64,000 bases of DNA from the human T2T-CHM13v2.0 reference genome, Homo sapiens (GCF_009914755.1 NC_060932.1), one strand, 5' to 3'; positions 1 through 14,243 are shown, counted from the first letter of the stretch. Program-made: numbers and translations. The notes: a model not told the origin generated them from the letters alone.

Positions 1-86
1 GGTCTCAAACTCCTGACCTCAGCTGATCCACCAGCCTTTGCCTCCCAAAGTGCTGGGATAACAGGCTTGAGCCACCGCGCATGGCC
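1..86 (-). mobile_element. Alu, 5' part of left arm (cut by window edge)
   Basis: ggtctcaaactcctgacctc...cctcccaaagtgctggga...gagccaccgcgc...ggcc is the reverse complement of the Alu 5' end. Confidence 0.95.
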
Positions 87-404
87 CAATTCTACAACTT
101 CTATGTGGAACTTAGCTGGAATGTTAACTTGAATCTCTAGAAATAATAGACGTGGATTACCACACAGTATCATTTTCTTAAGTGATTAGAGTATATTTCA
201 GTGTAAATAGAATATATTTACCTATTTATTTAGTACTGTGTAGCCTCATAATTCTTCACTATTAAAAAAAGTTTTGAACTAAATATGCTATATTTTAAGG
301 AGTTTACTTATGTTGTTTCTCTTTCTTGTTATTGTTTCCCTCTCTTATGATTTAAAGAAAATAATAGAAATCTGATAATTTTTATTATCTTTATTTTCTA
401 TATT

Positions 405-540
405 GGGAGACAGTTTATGCTGTGGTTAAGAGTGCAAACTCTGAAGCCAGGCTGCCTGTTTTTGAGTCCCACTTCTGTCTTTACTATTGTGAGGCTTTGA
501 GAAAGTCATTTAAATTCAGTGGGTCTCAGTTTCCTCTGTT
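405..540 (+). mobile_element. MIR SINE fragment
   Basis: gtggttaagagtgcaaactctgaagccag...gtctcagtttcctc matches the MIR tRNA-derived head and core. Confidence 0.8.
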
Positions 541-2220
541 AGTTTATGTAACTAACAAAGTTAGTTACACAAACTAATATTGCTTTATTTTATATTATTG
601 TTATAGCTGAAGTCAGCTTCCAAGGTCATCTAGTCTTATAATTAACCATCAGTAGAGAGACAAGGAAACTAGTTTCAAGTATTTTCATGAACTTAGATTC
701 AGTCAGTCAATAGGTCCATTAGAACTGAAATATATCACCTCATTCTTAGATAAGATCTTTTTCATTTACTCAGCATAGGTTGATAATTAATGATTTTCAA
801 CCTATCTGAGTACTAGGTTCTCAGTAGGTTTGGGGTCTTCTTCAATTGCCCATACTTTCATGAGTATTTAAATCCTTCTGTATAAAGTATCCTTCTTCCC
901 AAAATGGTTTTGGTTGTTTCACACTCACCCCTCAGGATTCAGCTTTCTCTATGACTACTTATTTGGAAAGCTTCCTTGAGCAAACTTTCAGTCCCCACCT
1001 GTTCCAAAACAAGTTTATATCTTCTCTCAATCCCTTTCTCAGAACCTTGTGTTTAGCCACATTATCCCAGTGGATGTATTTGCTGAATTTCTTATAGGTC
1101 TCCCCAAGTTTATTATTAGCTCCTTGGGGCAGAAATTCCATCTTCCATAGGAGATTATCAGTCATTTAAAAATATATACTATTTGCTGGGCTAGGAGTTG
1201 AAGCTAGAATGACCCCTGACCACAGTTTCTCTAACCACACCTTTATTTCTGGGTCCTTACTTCTCTACTTGCTCACTAAAAGTGATAAGGTTACTGCACA
1301 CACAGGCAGAAAGAAATTTTGTCTTCATTTTTTTAATATTTGAGCCAGATCCTTGACTAGTGTATAGCAGAGTAAACTCCAGGTCTGCATGGTTAGTCCA
1401 AGATGTATTTAATGATTTTTTTGCTCATGATCATAGTGTTTTCACATTATTAACTTCCCAAAGTATTTCCCATGAAAGATTATGAGATATCTTGTGAAAC
1501 AAAAATAGTATCTGACAAGACTAGTGATAGGTTCATTTTTAAAAAAGGGTCCTATCTTTAAATATGATCAGAAAATGCTCTATGACATTGTCCCTTCTTA
1601 GACATCACAACGTACTGTTGCATAGGAGAAGATCAGATCCATGAAGATCTGTAGTACAACAAACAAGCAAAATTGTTGACATTGCATGTTTAATCTAGAT
1701 TTGACTTAAATTCTTTGACCATGGATTCTCAGATGCTGGGTCTCATGGCACTTGCGGTCTTTAGTTCACATCATTTCTTCACCAAAGCCACAACTGAAAC
1801 AGGCTGGCAACTGCCAGAATATACATAGAAGACAATCACCTAATCATCTGATGAATAGGTCCTTGTTTTATTGAGGGTTTTTTTTTTAGGTTCTTTTTTC
1901 TCAATTTGTCCTCTAACTTCCAATGACATGGGACATCATTTTAATTGATCCTCAAAATTCTTAAAGAATACTTTTTACACAAGTGGCACCAAGGAAATAT
2001 ATGATGCTGGAAAGATACTGGAAAGTGCAGTAATTAACCAAGAATATTACAACTCATTTTCTTGAGACTTGGCATACCTTCCTGCAAGCTTTTTATTTAT
2101 TTATTTACTTTTTAATGAAGTAATTAATTGCAATTCATTTGGGTGTTATGGAGGTTGTAGTCAATTTTTATTACTAATTTTTCTTTGTGTAGTAGTTATT
2201 AATGTGTTTTTCATTTATAG

Positions 2221-2373
2221 CTAGAACAACTGGGAAGACACTCTAGTCCATGTAACCCTTAGACATTTGAATTTGATAGTGAAGTATCAGTGCCCTCTTT
2301 GCTCAGTGTGTTTGCAGTGCAGTGCAGTTTAAATTTAATTTATTTATAATTTTCCCTTTATATTTTTATTAAA
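2221..2373 (+). other. Candidate alternative terminal exon (phase-0 reading LEQLGRHSSPCNP*)
   Basis: Acceptor tgtgtttttcatttatag ends at 2220, TAG at 2260-2262, ATTAAA at 2368-2373; non-repetitive context; no expression evidence. Confidence 0.25.
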
Positions 2374-4339
2374 CCCTCTACTTATTTTCCCATTCTTCTC
2401 TGACCAACAGATGGGCTTACTTCCCCTTTATGTGTTTTCATTGTTAATATCTGCAATTCAATAATCAGAAAAATCAGAAATTAGCTTGTATCACATTTGC
2501 AAGGGAAAATGTTTTCTTCAAGCTGCATTTTGTTTCTGAGCTAAAAGAAAACACAATGCTATTACATAATGAGTGCCTGTTTTACAGGGGAAAAAATAAA
2601 CAGGGTTCCAAGTTTAAAATGATGATGGTGCTTTTCTGCTATCATCGGAGCCTAGGTCAGCACAAGGCCACATGTCATCCCTCTCTTGGACTGCAGTCTT
2701 TATGCACATCATTCACACACAGATTAATTCACTCAACCAGAGAGATGGTCCAATTGCACTTTCTTACTTAATTTCTTGTTGACTTGTCAGATACTTATGT
2801 TTTATGAAGACATGACAGAATTCCAAGATTAAAATTTGGTTATGATAATTTATAAAATAATAAGTATTGTGATGTGATATTGATGGCTTCATGTAAAAAA
2901 GAATCCTTTTTATTCAGTTCCCAATCCAAGAATCCTCCCAATCTAGAGGGGTACCTCTCTTGTCCGGAGCACCATTGATTAAATCTCACCAAGCCAAATC
3001 TTTATCTTTTTGTAATAAGTGTGTCCTCTGTAGGTATTCTCCAATGCTCCATAAGCTATTCTTGGCTTGGTACTTTTCTGATGAGAATGAACTCTTTCTT
3101 CATGGTCTAGCTGTGAAGCTGATTGAATGTCTTAGGCCAGAAGATTTGACCAGGGGCTGCCGTGTTTTCTCATCTTTGCTCTTTTATCAACATAGGATTT
3201 CCTGCAGATTCAAGATGAGGAGTCAGATGAGTCAAAGTTATCTACATCTACAGGTCATGACAGGAAAGTTGAAAGCCCTGTTAAATTTTTACAGGAGTTA
3301 CTGATGATAATTACCAAGAAATCCTGGGCCTGAGATATAAATTCTTAGCTTTAAATTTTCTTCATTTCTTGGTTCTGCTGCTCCTCATCACCATTTATGC
3401 AAAAAAAATCTGCTTGGGTATTCAAAACACAGCTTTCTTGTTTCTATTTGTGCATTCAAACACTCCTTATTTTCTCCACTACCAGGGATAACCTCTTTTC
3501 TTATGATTCACATTTTTCTTGTTCTTCAATTGTCATCCAGAATTTTCTTGCTCCTTAAAAGCTTCCTAGTTTAACTGATTCAATATCTATAATTTTCTTT
3601 CTCAGGTAGATTTTTATACATGAACTTACTCATGCTACAATTTCACTGGGAGCTTTATATTTTTATGTCACCAACAAATCTCTTCCAGCTTCATCAGATT
3701 GTAAAACCTCAAGGGTCCTGATCATATCCTCCATTTTCGTCTAGGGTGTTTAGTGGAGTAGGGTCCCTCGTTTTTTTCTCTTTCTTTGCTGCACTAAAAG
3801 GATGAAATGTAAATATTTTCTCCCCAGGGAGGCTTTGGGAAGAGAGTGAGTTTTCAGTGGCTAATGATTTGTGCTTTGAGTTTAATGGTCCATCAAAGTC
3901 TATTAAGCAATAGCAAGAGAAAAAGAAGATTCCAAAGGAAAGTAGAAGGGGATAAACCACAATGAGACTTCAGGGGGGATCTAGAAAAATGGACCAGGGA
4001 ATGATCTGGTTTACAGAAGGGGAGTTTGGGAGATAAGGCGCAGGTGGGAGGGCAGAGATCTAACTGCGGAAAAGCTCAGACACAGCCGAAAAACTGGACC
4101 TAGTAATGTTAGAAGACACCAGAGTTGAATCACAGCTCGCAGCCACCCCTCACTCAAGCCTTCACTGGAGCTGGCATCTCTCCTCTCCTGTGTTTAGTGA
4201 CAAAAAATGTGGCCCTTCTGCTGCCTGGCAAAGAGTTTGCCTTGACTACATTCAGCACCTCATCAGCTGTCCTTCCATCTGTGCCTGCCACCTAGGTGAG
4301 CCACTGGCCTCCTCCTGTATGAGTCAGGATTCTGGCATA

Positions 4340-4585
4340 GTGCATCTGTGTGATGTCTCTGAAATGTTTATCTTCAGCACAGATTTCTTTTCTGGTTTCA
4401 ACTTCCCATTTAGAAGTTGAAACGGAAGAGAAGTTGAAACCGGGAGTTGCATATCTACTCAGGTGTCATGGACATCTTAAACTCAACATTGTCTATTCCA
4501 AAGCCAACCTTTCATCTTCCTCATCATAGTAAATGGAATCTTTGTCTTTCTAGTTTTTTAAGCCATAAACTCAGAAGTCATTTCA
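4340..4585 (+). mobile_element. L2 LINE fragment
   Basis: catatctactcaggtgtcatggacatcttaaactcaacat and cttcctcatcatagtaaatgg are typical L2 motifs. Confidence 0.6.
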
Positions 4586-5050
4586 GACATACTCAGGTTA
4601 TGTAATATACAGAGAATTTAACAAAGAACTATTTACAAAGGTGAGGGTGGCATTCAAAGAAACCACCAAGTAATATTGCAGTACTTCTGAAATAATGACA
4701 GTGAGAATCCGGAGCCCAATCCTAGGCCTGAAGGGGCAGCAGGAGGGAGTGGTTGATGGACCCTGATACAGGCAGGGAAGGCTGTGTGAAGATTTGGGAG
4801 GATCTGTGTTTCTTTGTCAATGAAGGTGGCCAGCCCTCAGCACAGCGTGGGGGTGCAGGAGAAAACAATACCCCACAGTCACTCTCCTCCCCACCTCAGA
4901 GCTCCTGCACTGTTCCTGAAGCCATAGAGGAAGACAAAGCAAAGCAAAACCCACCACTGATGTAAACCTAGACAGTGAGCCTCCCAGGACCCAGGGCAGG
5001 GTGGAAAATGGTGAAGAGTGAACCTGATGGACGAACAGAAGAAAGAAGGC
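4585..5050 (-). mobile_element. Old ERVL-class LTR (LTR33-like)
   Basis: gaatttaacaaagaactatttacaaaggtg...aaaccacc...gcagtac...cctaggcctgaagggg resembles recalled ERVL LTR consensus; subfamily uncertain. Confidence 0.5.
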
Positions 5051-5894
5051 TCAATAATGGACATTTTCTTGACTCTCGACTAATTATTTAATATCAATAA
5101 CCTCCACATAATGTTCCAGCATGTTTTTTAAACTAGAGAAATAAAAAAATTGGTTGTGGGAGGAGAGGAAGGTGAAGAGAAGAGGGCATGGTAGAGTGTT
5201 AGACGAAGCAAAACTTAGAGAAGGGACCAAGTCAGGGATTAGGCTAGGACAGTGGTTGATGATTTCCCTATCACCTTTGTCCAAAGGCTGCACGCGGGGG
5301 GCCCCATAAGTGTTTGTTGGCTGCCTCCAACTCTCAACCACTGGAAGCTAACATTCTTTCTGGTTTGTTCGGTTTAGCAAGTGCGTGAAGTACCTCTTGA
5401 AGATTGACTCTGCGGTGCTCACTCACTCACACACTGACATGTAATCAAATGTTTTACTGCAGTTCCATTATCTTTTCATCAACACATTTTGAAAAAAAAT
5501 GACTGACACCACCAAGTTGATTCAGTTGTGGACAAACAATCTTCAAAGCAGAGTTATCTCTTCCTGATCTAGCTCAATAGTTTACAATATTAACTTCATA
5601 AATTAAATTACTTCTGCTTCAGACTGACTTTTCTTGAAAGCACATATTCTTCTCTTTCTTTTTACATACTCAATCATGAATTAAAGTAGGTAACACAGAT
5701 TGTTTGCTACAGGTCAATTTCTCTATAAAACTACAAAAGGGAAGATCAGAAAGAAGAGGGTGAAGACTGTAGATTGCTAAAATAAAAGCTTTGTAAAGAA
5801 AATCTTAAACTACTTATTCCTTTGGCTCCCAGGAAATCATATTCTCTTCTCTTTCTAAGTTATTGTGGTGGAGGGGTTGTTTATTTTCATTTTA

Positions 5895-7112
5895 ACTTTT
5901 TTATTTTTAAATTTGATGCATACATAATAGTTGTACATAATATATGGGGTACATGTGATATTTTGATACAAGCATAAAGTATGTAATGATCAAATCAGGA
6001 TCATTACAAACATTTATCATTGTCATCTCAAACATTTATCATTTTTTCATGTTGGTAACATTCTAAATTCATTCCTCTAGCTATTTTGAAATATATAATA
6101 AATTATTAACTATAGTCACCCCATTGTGCTATAAAATGCCACATCCTATCTTACTATCTAACTGTATTTTTGTACTCATTAACCAACCCATTTTTATCTC
6201 CCCTTCCCCAGTACCCTTCCAAGCCTCTGGTAACCATGATTCTACTCTCTATCTCCATGAGATCAATTTTTTTAGCCCGCATATATGAGTGAGAACATGT
6301 GATATTTGTCTTTCTGTGTCCAGCTTATTTCACATATCATAATTTCCTCCAGTTTCATCCATGTTGTTGCAAGTGACAAGATTTTATTATTTCTTATGAC
6401 TGAATAATATTTTATTGTGTCTATGTGCCATATTTGCTTTGTCTATTCATCTGTTGATGGACACAGTTTGGTTCCATACCTTGACTACTGACTGCTGTGA
6501 ATAGCTCTACAATAAACATAGGAGTGCCGATATCTCTTTGATACACTGATTGCCTAGTTTTTTGGATATGTATCCAGTAGTGGGATTGCTGGATCATATG
6601 GTAGTTCTATTTTTAGTTTTTTTTAGGAACCTTCATACTATTTTCCTTAGTAGCTGTACTAACTTACATTCCCATCAACAGTATACAAGAGTTCCCTTTT
6701 TTCCACATTCTCCCCAGAATTTGTTACTTTTTGCCTTTTTGATAAAAGAAATTTTAACTAGAATGAGATAATATCTCATTGTGGTTTTGATTTGCATTTC
6801 TGTGATGATTAGTGATATAAGCATTTTTTCATATACCTGTTGGCCATTGTATGATTTCTTTTGAGACATGTTTATTCAAATCCTTTGACTATTTTTAAAT
6901 CAGATTACTTGGCTTTTCACTATTAAGTTGTTTGAGCTCCTTATATATTCTGGTTACTAATCTCTTGTCAGATGGGTCATTTGCAAATATTTTCTCCCAT
7001 TCTGTAGGCTGTCCCTTCACCTTGTTGATTATTTTCTTTTCTGTGCAGAAGCTTTTTAGCTTGATGTGGTCCCATTTGTCCATTTTTCCTTGGGTTGCTT
7101 GTGCTTTTGAGG
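5895..7112 (-). mobile_element. L1 (L1MA-type) 3' end with ORF2 C-terminal remnant
   Basis: Minus-strand ORF 6895-7083 [15 protein letters not shown]...[10 protein letters not shown] is the L1 ORF2p C-terminus; L1MA-like 3'UTR at about 5900-6500. Confidence 0.95.
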
Positions 7113-7139
7113 TTATTGTAGGATTTTATACATTGTTTA

Positions 7140-7640
7140 TAACTTCTTTGACAGTCCTCTCTTCAACACATGAAACTTAAACCCCCACCCTTTAAATATG
7201 GACTGGCCTTAGTAACTCATTTCTAACAAATAGGATCATAAGTGAAACCACCTATAGAGCTTCCAAGTTCTGTCATTAAAGTTTGGCTCTCTCTTTTTTT
7301 GAGAAATATATTTTTGGAGCCCTGAGCTGCCGAGTGAGAAGTCTGCCTATGTTGAAATTGCTGAACAAGAATAAGCACCTCGAGATGAAGACAAGCCAGA
7401 GGAGCCTCACCAAGTCAAGCCCCCAGCTATTTGAGCACCATCTGCAAAAATGAGATTCTGAGATTATTCCAGCCTCATCAGTGACTGATGGCATTCACAA
7501 AAGAGACCCTGAGCAACAAACATCCACTGAGTCCAGTCAACTCCCAGAACAATGTGCCATAATACTAGTGAACGACTGTTATTATTTTATGCCACTAATT
7601 TGGGGGTAGTTTGTTACACAGCAATAGTACCCAGAGAACT
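7140..7640 (+). mobile_element. MaLR LTR (MLT1 family)
   Basis: ggactggccttagtaactcatttctaacaaatag and the 3' terminus gccactaatttgggggtagtttgttacacagcaatag. Confidence 0.8.
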
Positions 7641-8810
7641 GGTGTCTCCTTTCGTTAACCTCCAAACGTTGGATGCCCCTTGTCCAAGTCCTGGACCTTC
7701 TTTTCTTATATATTATGCTTTTTTTCTTAGTAATCTCATCTTCCCCATGGTTTTAAGTAGTATTTGTATGCTACCTCTGAAATTTTTATCTTCAGCACGG
7801 ATTTCTTTTCTATGTTGCAAATAGCCATTTGGATATCTGCTCAAGTGTCGTGGACATCTCAAACTTACTACCTCCCCAAGTTGACCCTTGATCATCCTCA
7901 TCTTAGTAAATGGCAGCTCTATCCATTCTTTGCATAAGCCACAAATACAGAATTATTCTAGGCAAATCTCTGCTCCTTATGTTCTCAAACCAATGAATCA
8001 TCAAGTTCTTTCAATTATTTTTCTACAATTATGGCAAATGCAAATTATTTTTGTCCCCACTAACACCACTCTAATCCAAGTGACAGCTATTTTTCACATA
8101 GGGTAGTACAATAATTTTTCAGTATTCTCTTTGCTTCCAATCTTGCCATATCTATTGCTAACACTCTACCATCTATTCTTCATATAATAGCCACACTATT
8201 TTTTTTAAACATAAATGATGCAACTTTAACCCCCACCTTATTTAAGAACACTCAATTAGGGCTAAAATCCAACATAATAACTTGGTGCATAAGACCTGAT
8301 GATTTTGACACTGCTCTTCTCTCCAACTTCATTTTGACTTACCCTCTCCCTTGTACATTAAATTGAGTCACACTGGCTTTCTCTTAGTTCCTCAGAAATT
8401 CCACACACTTTCTGCAAGGCCTTTTACAGGTGCTGTTTCTTTTGTGTAAAATACATTTATCCCTCCTCTGGCTCTACCCTCACCCCCTAAACCACCTTCT
8501 GTCTTAATGATCTTCTATTCATCTTTTTGATTTCAGCTTAAATACCACTTCCTCAAGCAATATCTCTGACTTCATCTCCATCTGATTTGGATTTCTTATG
8601 TTAGTCTTCAAAAAATACTGTCCTTTTCACTTATTGGTATTATCACAATTAGACATTACATATGTACTTTTTGTTGAATTGGCTTATATCTTATCTCTAT
8701 CCCTACTCTACAAGCTCCATGAGAGCAGAAATCAAGTCTCACTTGTTCACTGCTCAACACCCAGAATTTAATAGTAGGTGCTCATTATGTACTTATTAAA
8801 TGAATATACA
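7640..8810 (+). mobile_element. L2 LINE 3' portion
   Basis: Pyrimidine-rich L2 body ending aagctccatgagagcag...tagtaggtgctcattatgtacttattaaatgaat. Confidence 0.85.
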
Positions 8811-10219
8811 CCTGTTAAATTTGATCTTTGGGTCAACTTCTCTGAGACACTTGGCACTTGTGCAAAAGCTGTTCTAACCTGGGACCTTGTGACCATGAGA
8901 TCATGCAAATAGATATCTCAGAGGGAGGAATCCCCACTGGAGGATAACATTTCAAGAATTTCATTCAGAAAAAAGTCAAAATCCAAGACCAGTCTTCACA
9001 AAAGCTATAGAATCTTGGATTACCTCAACTTATGAAATCTCTAGATTGATCTCTCTATTTTTATATTATTTCCATGCAAGCCTACATTTCTTCTTCTACA
9101 GTGTCCATTAGAGCAAAGATTAATCAGACCACACACCAAAAAAAATTATTAGTATGGGTGATTTTTCTCAATTTTACTAAAAAGCAAACTATTGTTTTAT
9201 AAGAATACAAATTGAATCCTCTTACTGCTATTCCAAATATTTTCACCCCTAGCTTTATGACCATCGAAAGCAACAAAATAAAAAACAAAAGCAGTTTTTA
9301 CAGTTTAAATAGTGTCTTGTTAACTCTCTGGATAGCTTCATGGCCAATGAGCAAGAATTCTGAGAACTAAATTTAAAAAAATTAAAATTAAAATTGAAAA
9401 TAGAATAAACACATTAAAAAAAACCTTTAAAGTCCAGGGAACATGAAATGGCCTTCTCTCCATATACAAAATATCAACACGGTTCTCGCTTCTGATTTGC
9501 TTTAATCACAACCCTAACAAAGGATTCTAAAATAATCTCAACCTTCACAAAAATTCAACCCAGAAACAATGTGGATGAGAAATTGTGTTCATGATTACAC
9601 ACAATGCGGAAAAAACCTTTGGTGAATACCTGTCACATGCATGAAGCTCTTCACCACTATTGTGGCATCCATGACAATTCAGAATAAAATAGGTCAGATA
9701 ACCATCAGTCAATCACATTTTCCTTTCCTCCTGGGATCAGAAACATCCCAGCTTTCTCCCGCTGTCCTGAGCCTGATATCAACATCTCTTTTTTTTAACC
9801 TGCAAGATTGTGATTGAATATTTTACCCAGCTGTCAATACTTTTAGTAAAGAATGAGCTAAATAAATTAAATCAACAGATAAAAGAGCATATGAATGAAT
9901 TAAGCAGTGCCCCCACTCATCACTATCCCTTCTGTAAATGACAGATTAGCTGCTCATCTAAAATCTGTCAAGCAAATGCTTTTAAAATCCAGATAAATTA
10001 AAAGAGTTATAAGACCTTCTTGTTAAATGGAGGTATATTACAACATTGTTTTGTAGATGTATTTATTAAACTCAAGTCTGAGGGCAACAATCTTGAATTT
10101 TTGAAATGAGAGTTTTCAAAATTATTATTTAAAAATATATATTTGTTCATTGTAATGGGATCCTTAAGTTCTACTCTCTAATGTTCTATCTTTCTTTTTC
10201 AGAACTTTAACTAGAACAG

Positions 10220-10520
10220 TTCATGGCTCATGTTTGTGTTTCTGTATTGCCTATCCAAAAGTGGTATTGCAGGATATTAAGAAGTGTTATGTTTTTAAAA
10301 GTCTTCTTGTTTAAGAAGGTCTTGAAATACTGAATTGTTATAAATAGGTTTCTTGTGAATTTGGAGACTTTAATAAATGCTATTTTACATTTGGAGATCT
10401 CCAAATGAAGGCCTAAAAAAGCAGGATATTCATAATGGTTTGATCTCAGAATCCTTTTATTTGTGGGAACATCCCAAGAAACTAGTGTTTAACCAAACAC
10501 TTCTTGAGAAACTGCTCCCC
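10220..10520. mobile_element. Old hAT-Charlie-like DNA transposon remnant
   Basis: Degenerate similarity to Charlie4/MER102-type sequence, ending ccaaacacttcttgagaaactgc. Confidence 0.4.
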
Positions 10521-10549
10521 CAAAATTCCATAAGCATGAGGCAGCCCAG

Positions 10550-10705
10550 AGTCCACTCAATAAGGGCACTAATCCCATCATGAGGCCTCTACCCTCAAGG
10601 CCTCCACCCTCACCTTCCAAAAGCCCTATTTCCAAATATCATTTCACTGGGGATTAGGGTTGCAATGTATGAATTTTAGGTGGACACAAATATGCATTCC
10701 CTAAG
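10550..10705 (-). mobile_element. MaLR LTR fragment (MLT1A/MST type)
   Basis: aagggcactaatcccatcatgagg...ggggattaggg...atgaattttaggtggacacaaa. Confidence 0.8.
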
Positions 10706-13213
10706 AGCTGTAGAGCATGATTTTTCTTCATTTACAAGTCTTCATGTCTGCCACGTATAAGATGTTATACTAGGAGTTGGGGGATGTAAGCATGGATATA
10801 TAAGAGGAATAAAAGTGATAGACTACCTCCAGAGAGCTTGCAGTTAAGGAGGAGAGAGAAAACCTTTATAAAATTAACTATATAGTGTATTGCAGAACCT
10901 GCGATCTTATTTCCTACCTTCATGGAGATTTTAGCCCAGTAAGAGTGAATGACAATTAAACATGAACTCATAAAACCATGCACCAAGTGCTTTGATTGGG
11001 GAAATGTACACTGAAAGGATATCAAAAACAGGAGTAAAAGGACATGAGAGCCAGAGAAAAATAATCTTGAGACCTAGTCACAGCAGCTCTCCACCCACAG
11101 CTATTCACCTAACACTTTAAGCTTCAATTTACTCATAGGTAAAAAGAGAGGGTGGGAGTCCGTGACCTCAAGGCTCTTTAGCAATTCTCAGTGTCTAATC
11201 TATTTTGCTGTTCTGTATGTTTACAAAGGCAAGGTTTAAAGAATTGGAGCAGCCAAGAGAAGAATTAGCAAGCAATCTGCTTCAACATTGGTTTTGGTTC
11301 CTATTTATTTTATTATCAAACTTATACTAAAACAACTTTAGTAATTGTTTGAAACAAAGGATCATTACTCAGGAAGCAGCATCTCAGCTGTGTTATGATT
11401 AAAAGACTTTGAAAAGCTCAGGAAGTATAGTTTTCTCCAGCATTGTTTTTCTTTTCTACAAAAACCTTTTTGTGCAGGTTCAAGTGCAAGATTAGATACT
11501 AATTTGATTCTTTATAGTATAGACAGTCTTTAACACAGCACTGAGATATGGGCTTATCTAGAGAGACTGTTTTTGAAAGAAATGCTGCTATTCAAAGCAA
11601 TAGGCCAGCTTTGTTTTTCTAAATTATTCAGAACAGAAATAACTGGTTGATTTGCTGATATGCAGATAAATATCAGGTATTATTTAGCCAGCGCCAACTT
11701 GCCTGAATGACTATCTTTCCACTACCCTGGGAGTAGTGAACCTAAAAAAAAAAAAAGGAAACTTTGTTTCCTACAGAGTAAATATTAGATGTTAGATCAT
11801 ACCCCTAGGACAGAAGAAAATTAGATAAGCTCTATTTTCTTGCACAAGAAGAAATGCACCCTCTTCAAATACTGATGGAAAGTCCTGTCTGGGTGGACCT
11901 GTCATTTTGAAAGTGGAGGTACTAAAAATGAAATAAATTACTACTTGGTTACAACTATAAGCAAGAACAATTCTCTAGTCATTTCCCAACTAGAAATAAT
12001 GAAATCACAAATAACTTAGGAGAAGATGTAAAATTCAACTTTCCTTTCAAGTCCTGCTGCCTCTCTGCTTTTATCTCCACCTGGCCTTCTAAATTCTCTG
12101 GCTTTTCATTTGTACTTTGAAAACCTTTTCACTGAATTCACTATTTAAATTAAATAAAAATTCCAAGCAGCTATATCTGGTTTGGTTTTGGAATATCCTT
12201 TCCTCTGAGCTCCTTTTGGTTTTCTAATTTTAAGGTAAGTGTCCTCCCTGTCTTCAGCTTCCCAAATAGTTGACCCCTCGAACTATGTTTTCTCCTTTGA
12301 TGCTAATGCTACCAGTTTCTCTACTGCCCTCCACTGAACCACTCCTGTTGCCTTTCATTCTTTCTACACTTTTATCTACTTTGTTCCTATTACTGCCAAT
12401 GTAAAAATGAGACATGCCTCCCCCCTCACTTAATAATTCTATTCTCAAGTACATAATTATTTCTGTCTTTCCTTTATGGTGATCCACCTAGAGCAACCCT
12501 AGCTAATGCTGGCTAAGAAAACGTTCTCTTTTGAGTGTTATGCTAGAGATCATAGAAACGTGTCCATGTTAGCCCCTGTAGGAAGGACAAACTATCTCTG
12601 GAGGTTGTTGCTCAAAGAGCAGATTTTAGCTTTCACACATAACCTCACCACCCTGTTTGCCCTATTTTCCTCTATATGAAGAGCAAGCCCTTCCTACCTG
12701 TGACAAGGGCAGATGCTACTTTTGCCCATCAGCTTATCCTTGCTGTGTGTTTCTGTCAGCACTGCCAAGTTCTGGGCACCAAGTGGACGGAGCCCGCGGC
12801 ATCTGCCACAGAGCTATAAGAACCCAGGCAGCAATATGTCCTTGTGGAGTGGAAAGACAAATCCAGGAGAGCAGGATAGATTCCATACCAACCCCAACCA
12901 CCACCAGTGCCCTTCTCAACTTCCTATTACATTGAGAAACAGAACAGAAGCACAGGATGGAATATTTTCAATCACAGAGCTTTGTTGGAAGGAAGATTCC
13001 AGGTGGTAAGGGGAGATTTGAGCACCAAATAGACACAGGGTTAACCTTGCAGGTGGTCAGAGCAGGTGTACACCCACATGGTAAAATCTTAGAGGTCTTA
13101 TAAATATTCCTAAGTCTAAAAGAAACATATAGAAAATGTTTAAAATACCCCTGACAGAGATCCAACCCTTTGCAGGTCTTCTGCTACCTGATAAAATGCA
13201 AAGTCCTCCATGT

Positions 13214-13291
13214 AGAAATATATTTGAAATGTATTCATCGGTATCACCTTGGTGCTAAAGAATTTACAGTTAGCTCCCCTAGTGAAATTCA
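13214..13291 (+). repeat. Inverted repeat pair A, donor copy (78 bp)
   Basis: Reverse complement of 13743-13821; 62 bp identical, then one substitution and one 1-bp indel. Confidence 0.97.
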
Positions 13292-13742
13292 GGATGTTTT
13301 TATTGTTGGTAAATTGAAAAAGAATTTTTCACCTGATCAATGAGGAAAGATGATAGGGAAAGGTAGAAAGGAAGGGCAAGGACACAAAAAAACTTTGCCA
13401 GGCAGACAACCTGGTACCAGTAATTTTTGGTGTAAAAAACAACGCAATTGGCAGTGCATTCTCCAAGTTCCGGTGTCTTGGTCCCGTTCTTATTCCACTC
13501 AAGTTGCATTAAGAACAAACATTGCCAGGGTATTTGACTTTTCTCTATTTCCATGGGATTCTAAATTTTTCTAAATCTGAACCCCCCGCCCCCGACAAAT
13601 CCTACCATAGATAGTAAGTTTTACCTCTATATAGAAAAACATCATTTCCACTATTATAATTATATTACTCTACATAATTTCTTCAAGACTTTGCTTAATT
13701 ATTTCTCAGAACTCTCTATGTTGCTAATTATGTAGAGTAATA

Positions 13743-14243
<501 letters not shown>

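Noticed and set aside
2960-3304. 114-aa ORF in unique sequence (similarly 4106-4420, 33258-33584, 38435-38803)
   Set aside because: No recognisable domain or convincing splice or start context; lengths are within chance expectation.
6007-6043. 15-bp direct repeat caaacatttatcatt in the L1 3'UTR
   Set aside because: Small slippage-type duplication in a neutral repeat; too ordinary on its own.
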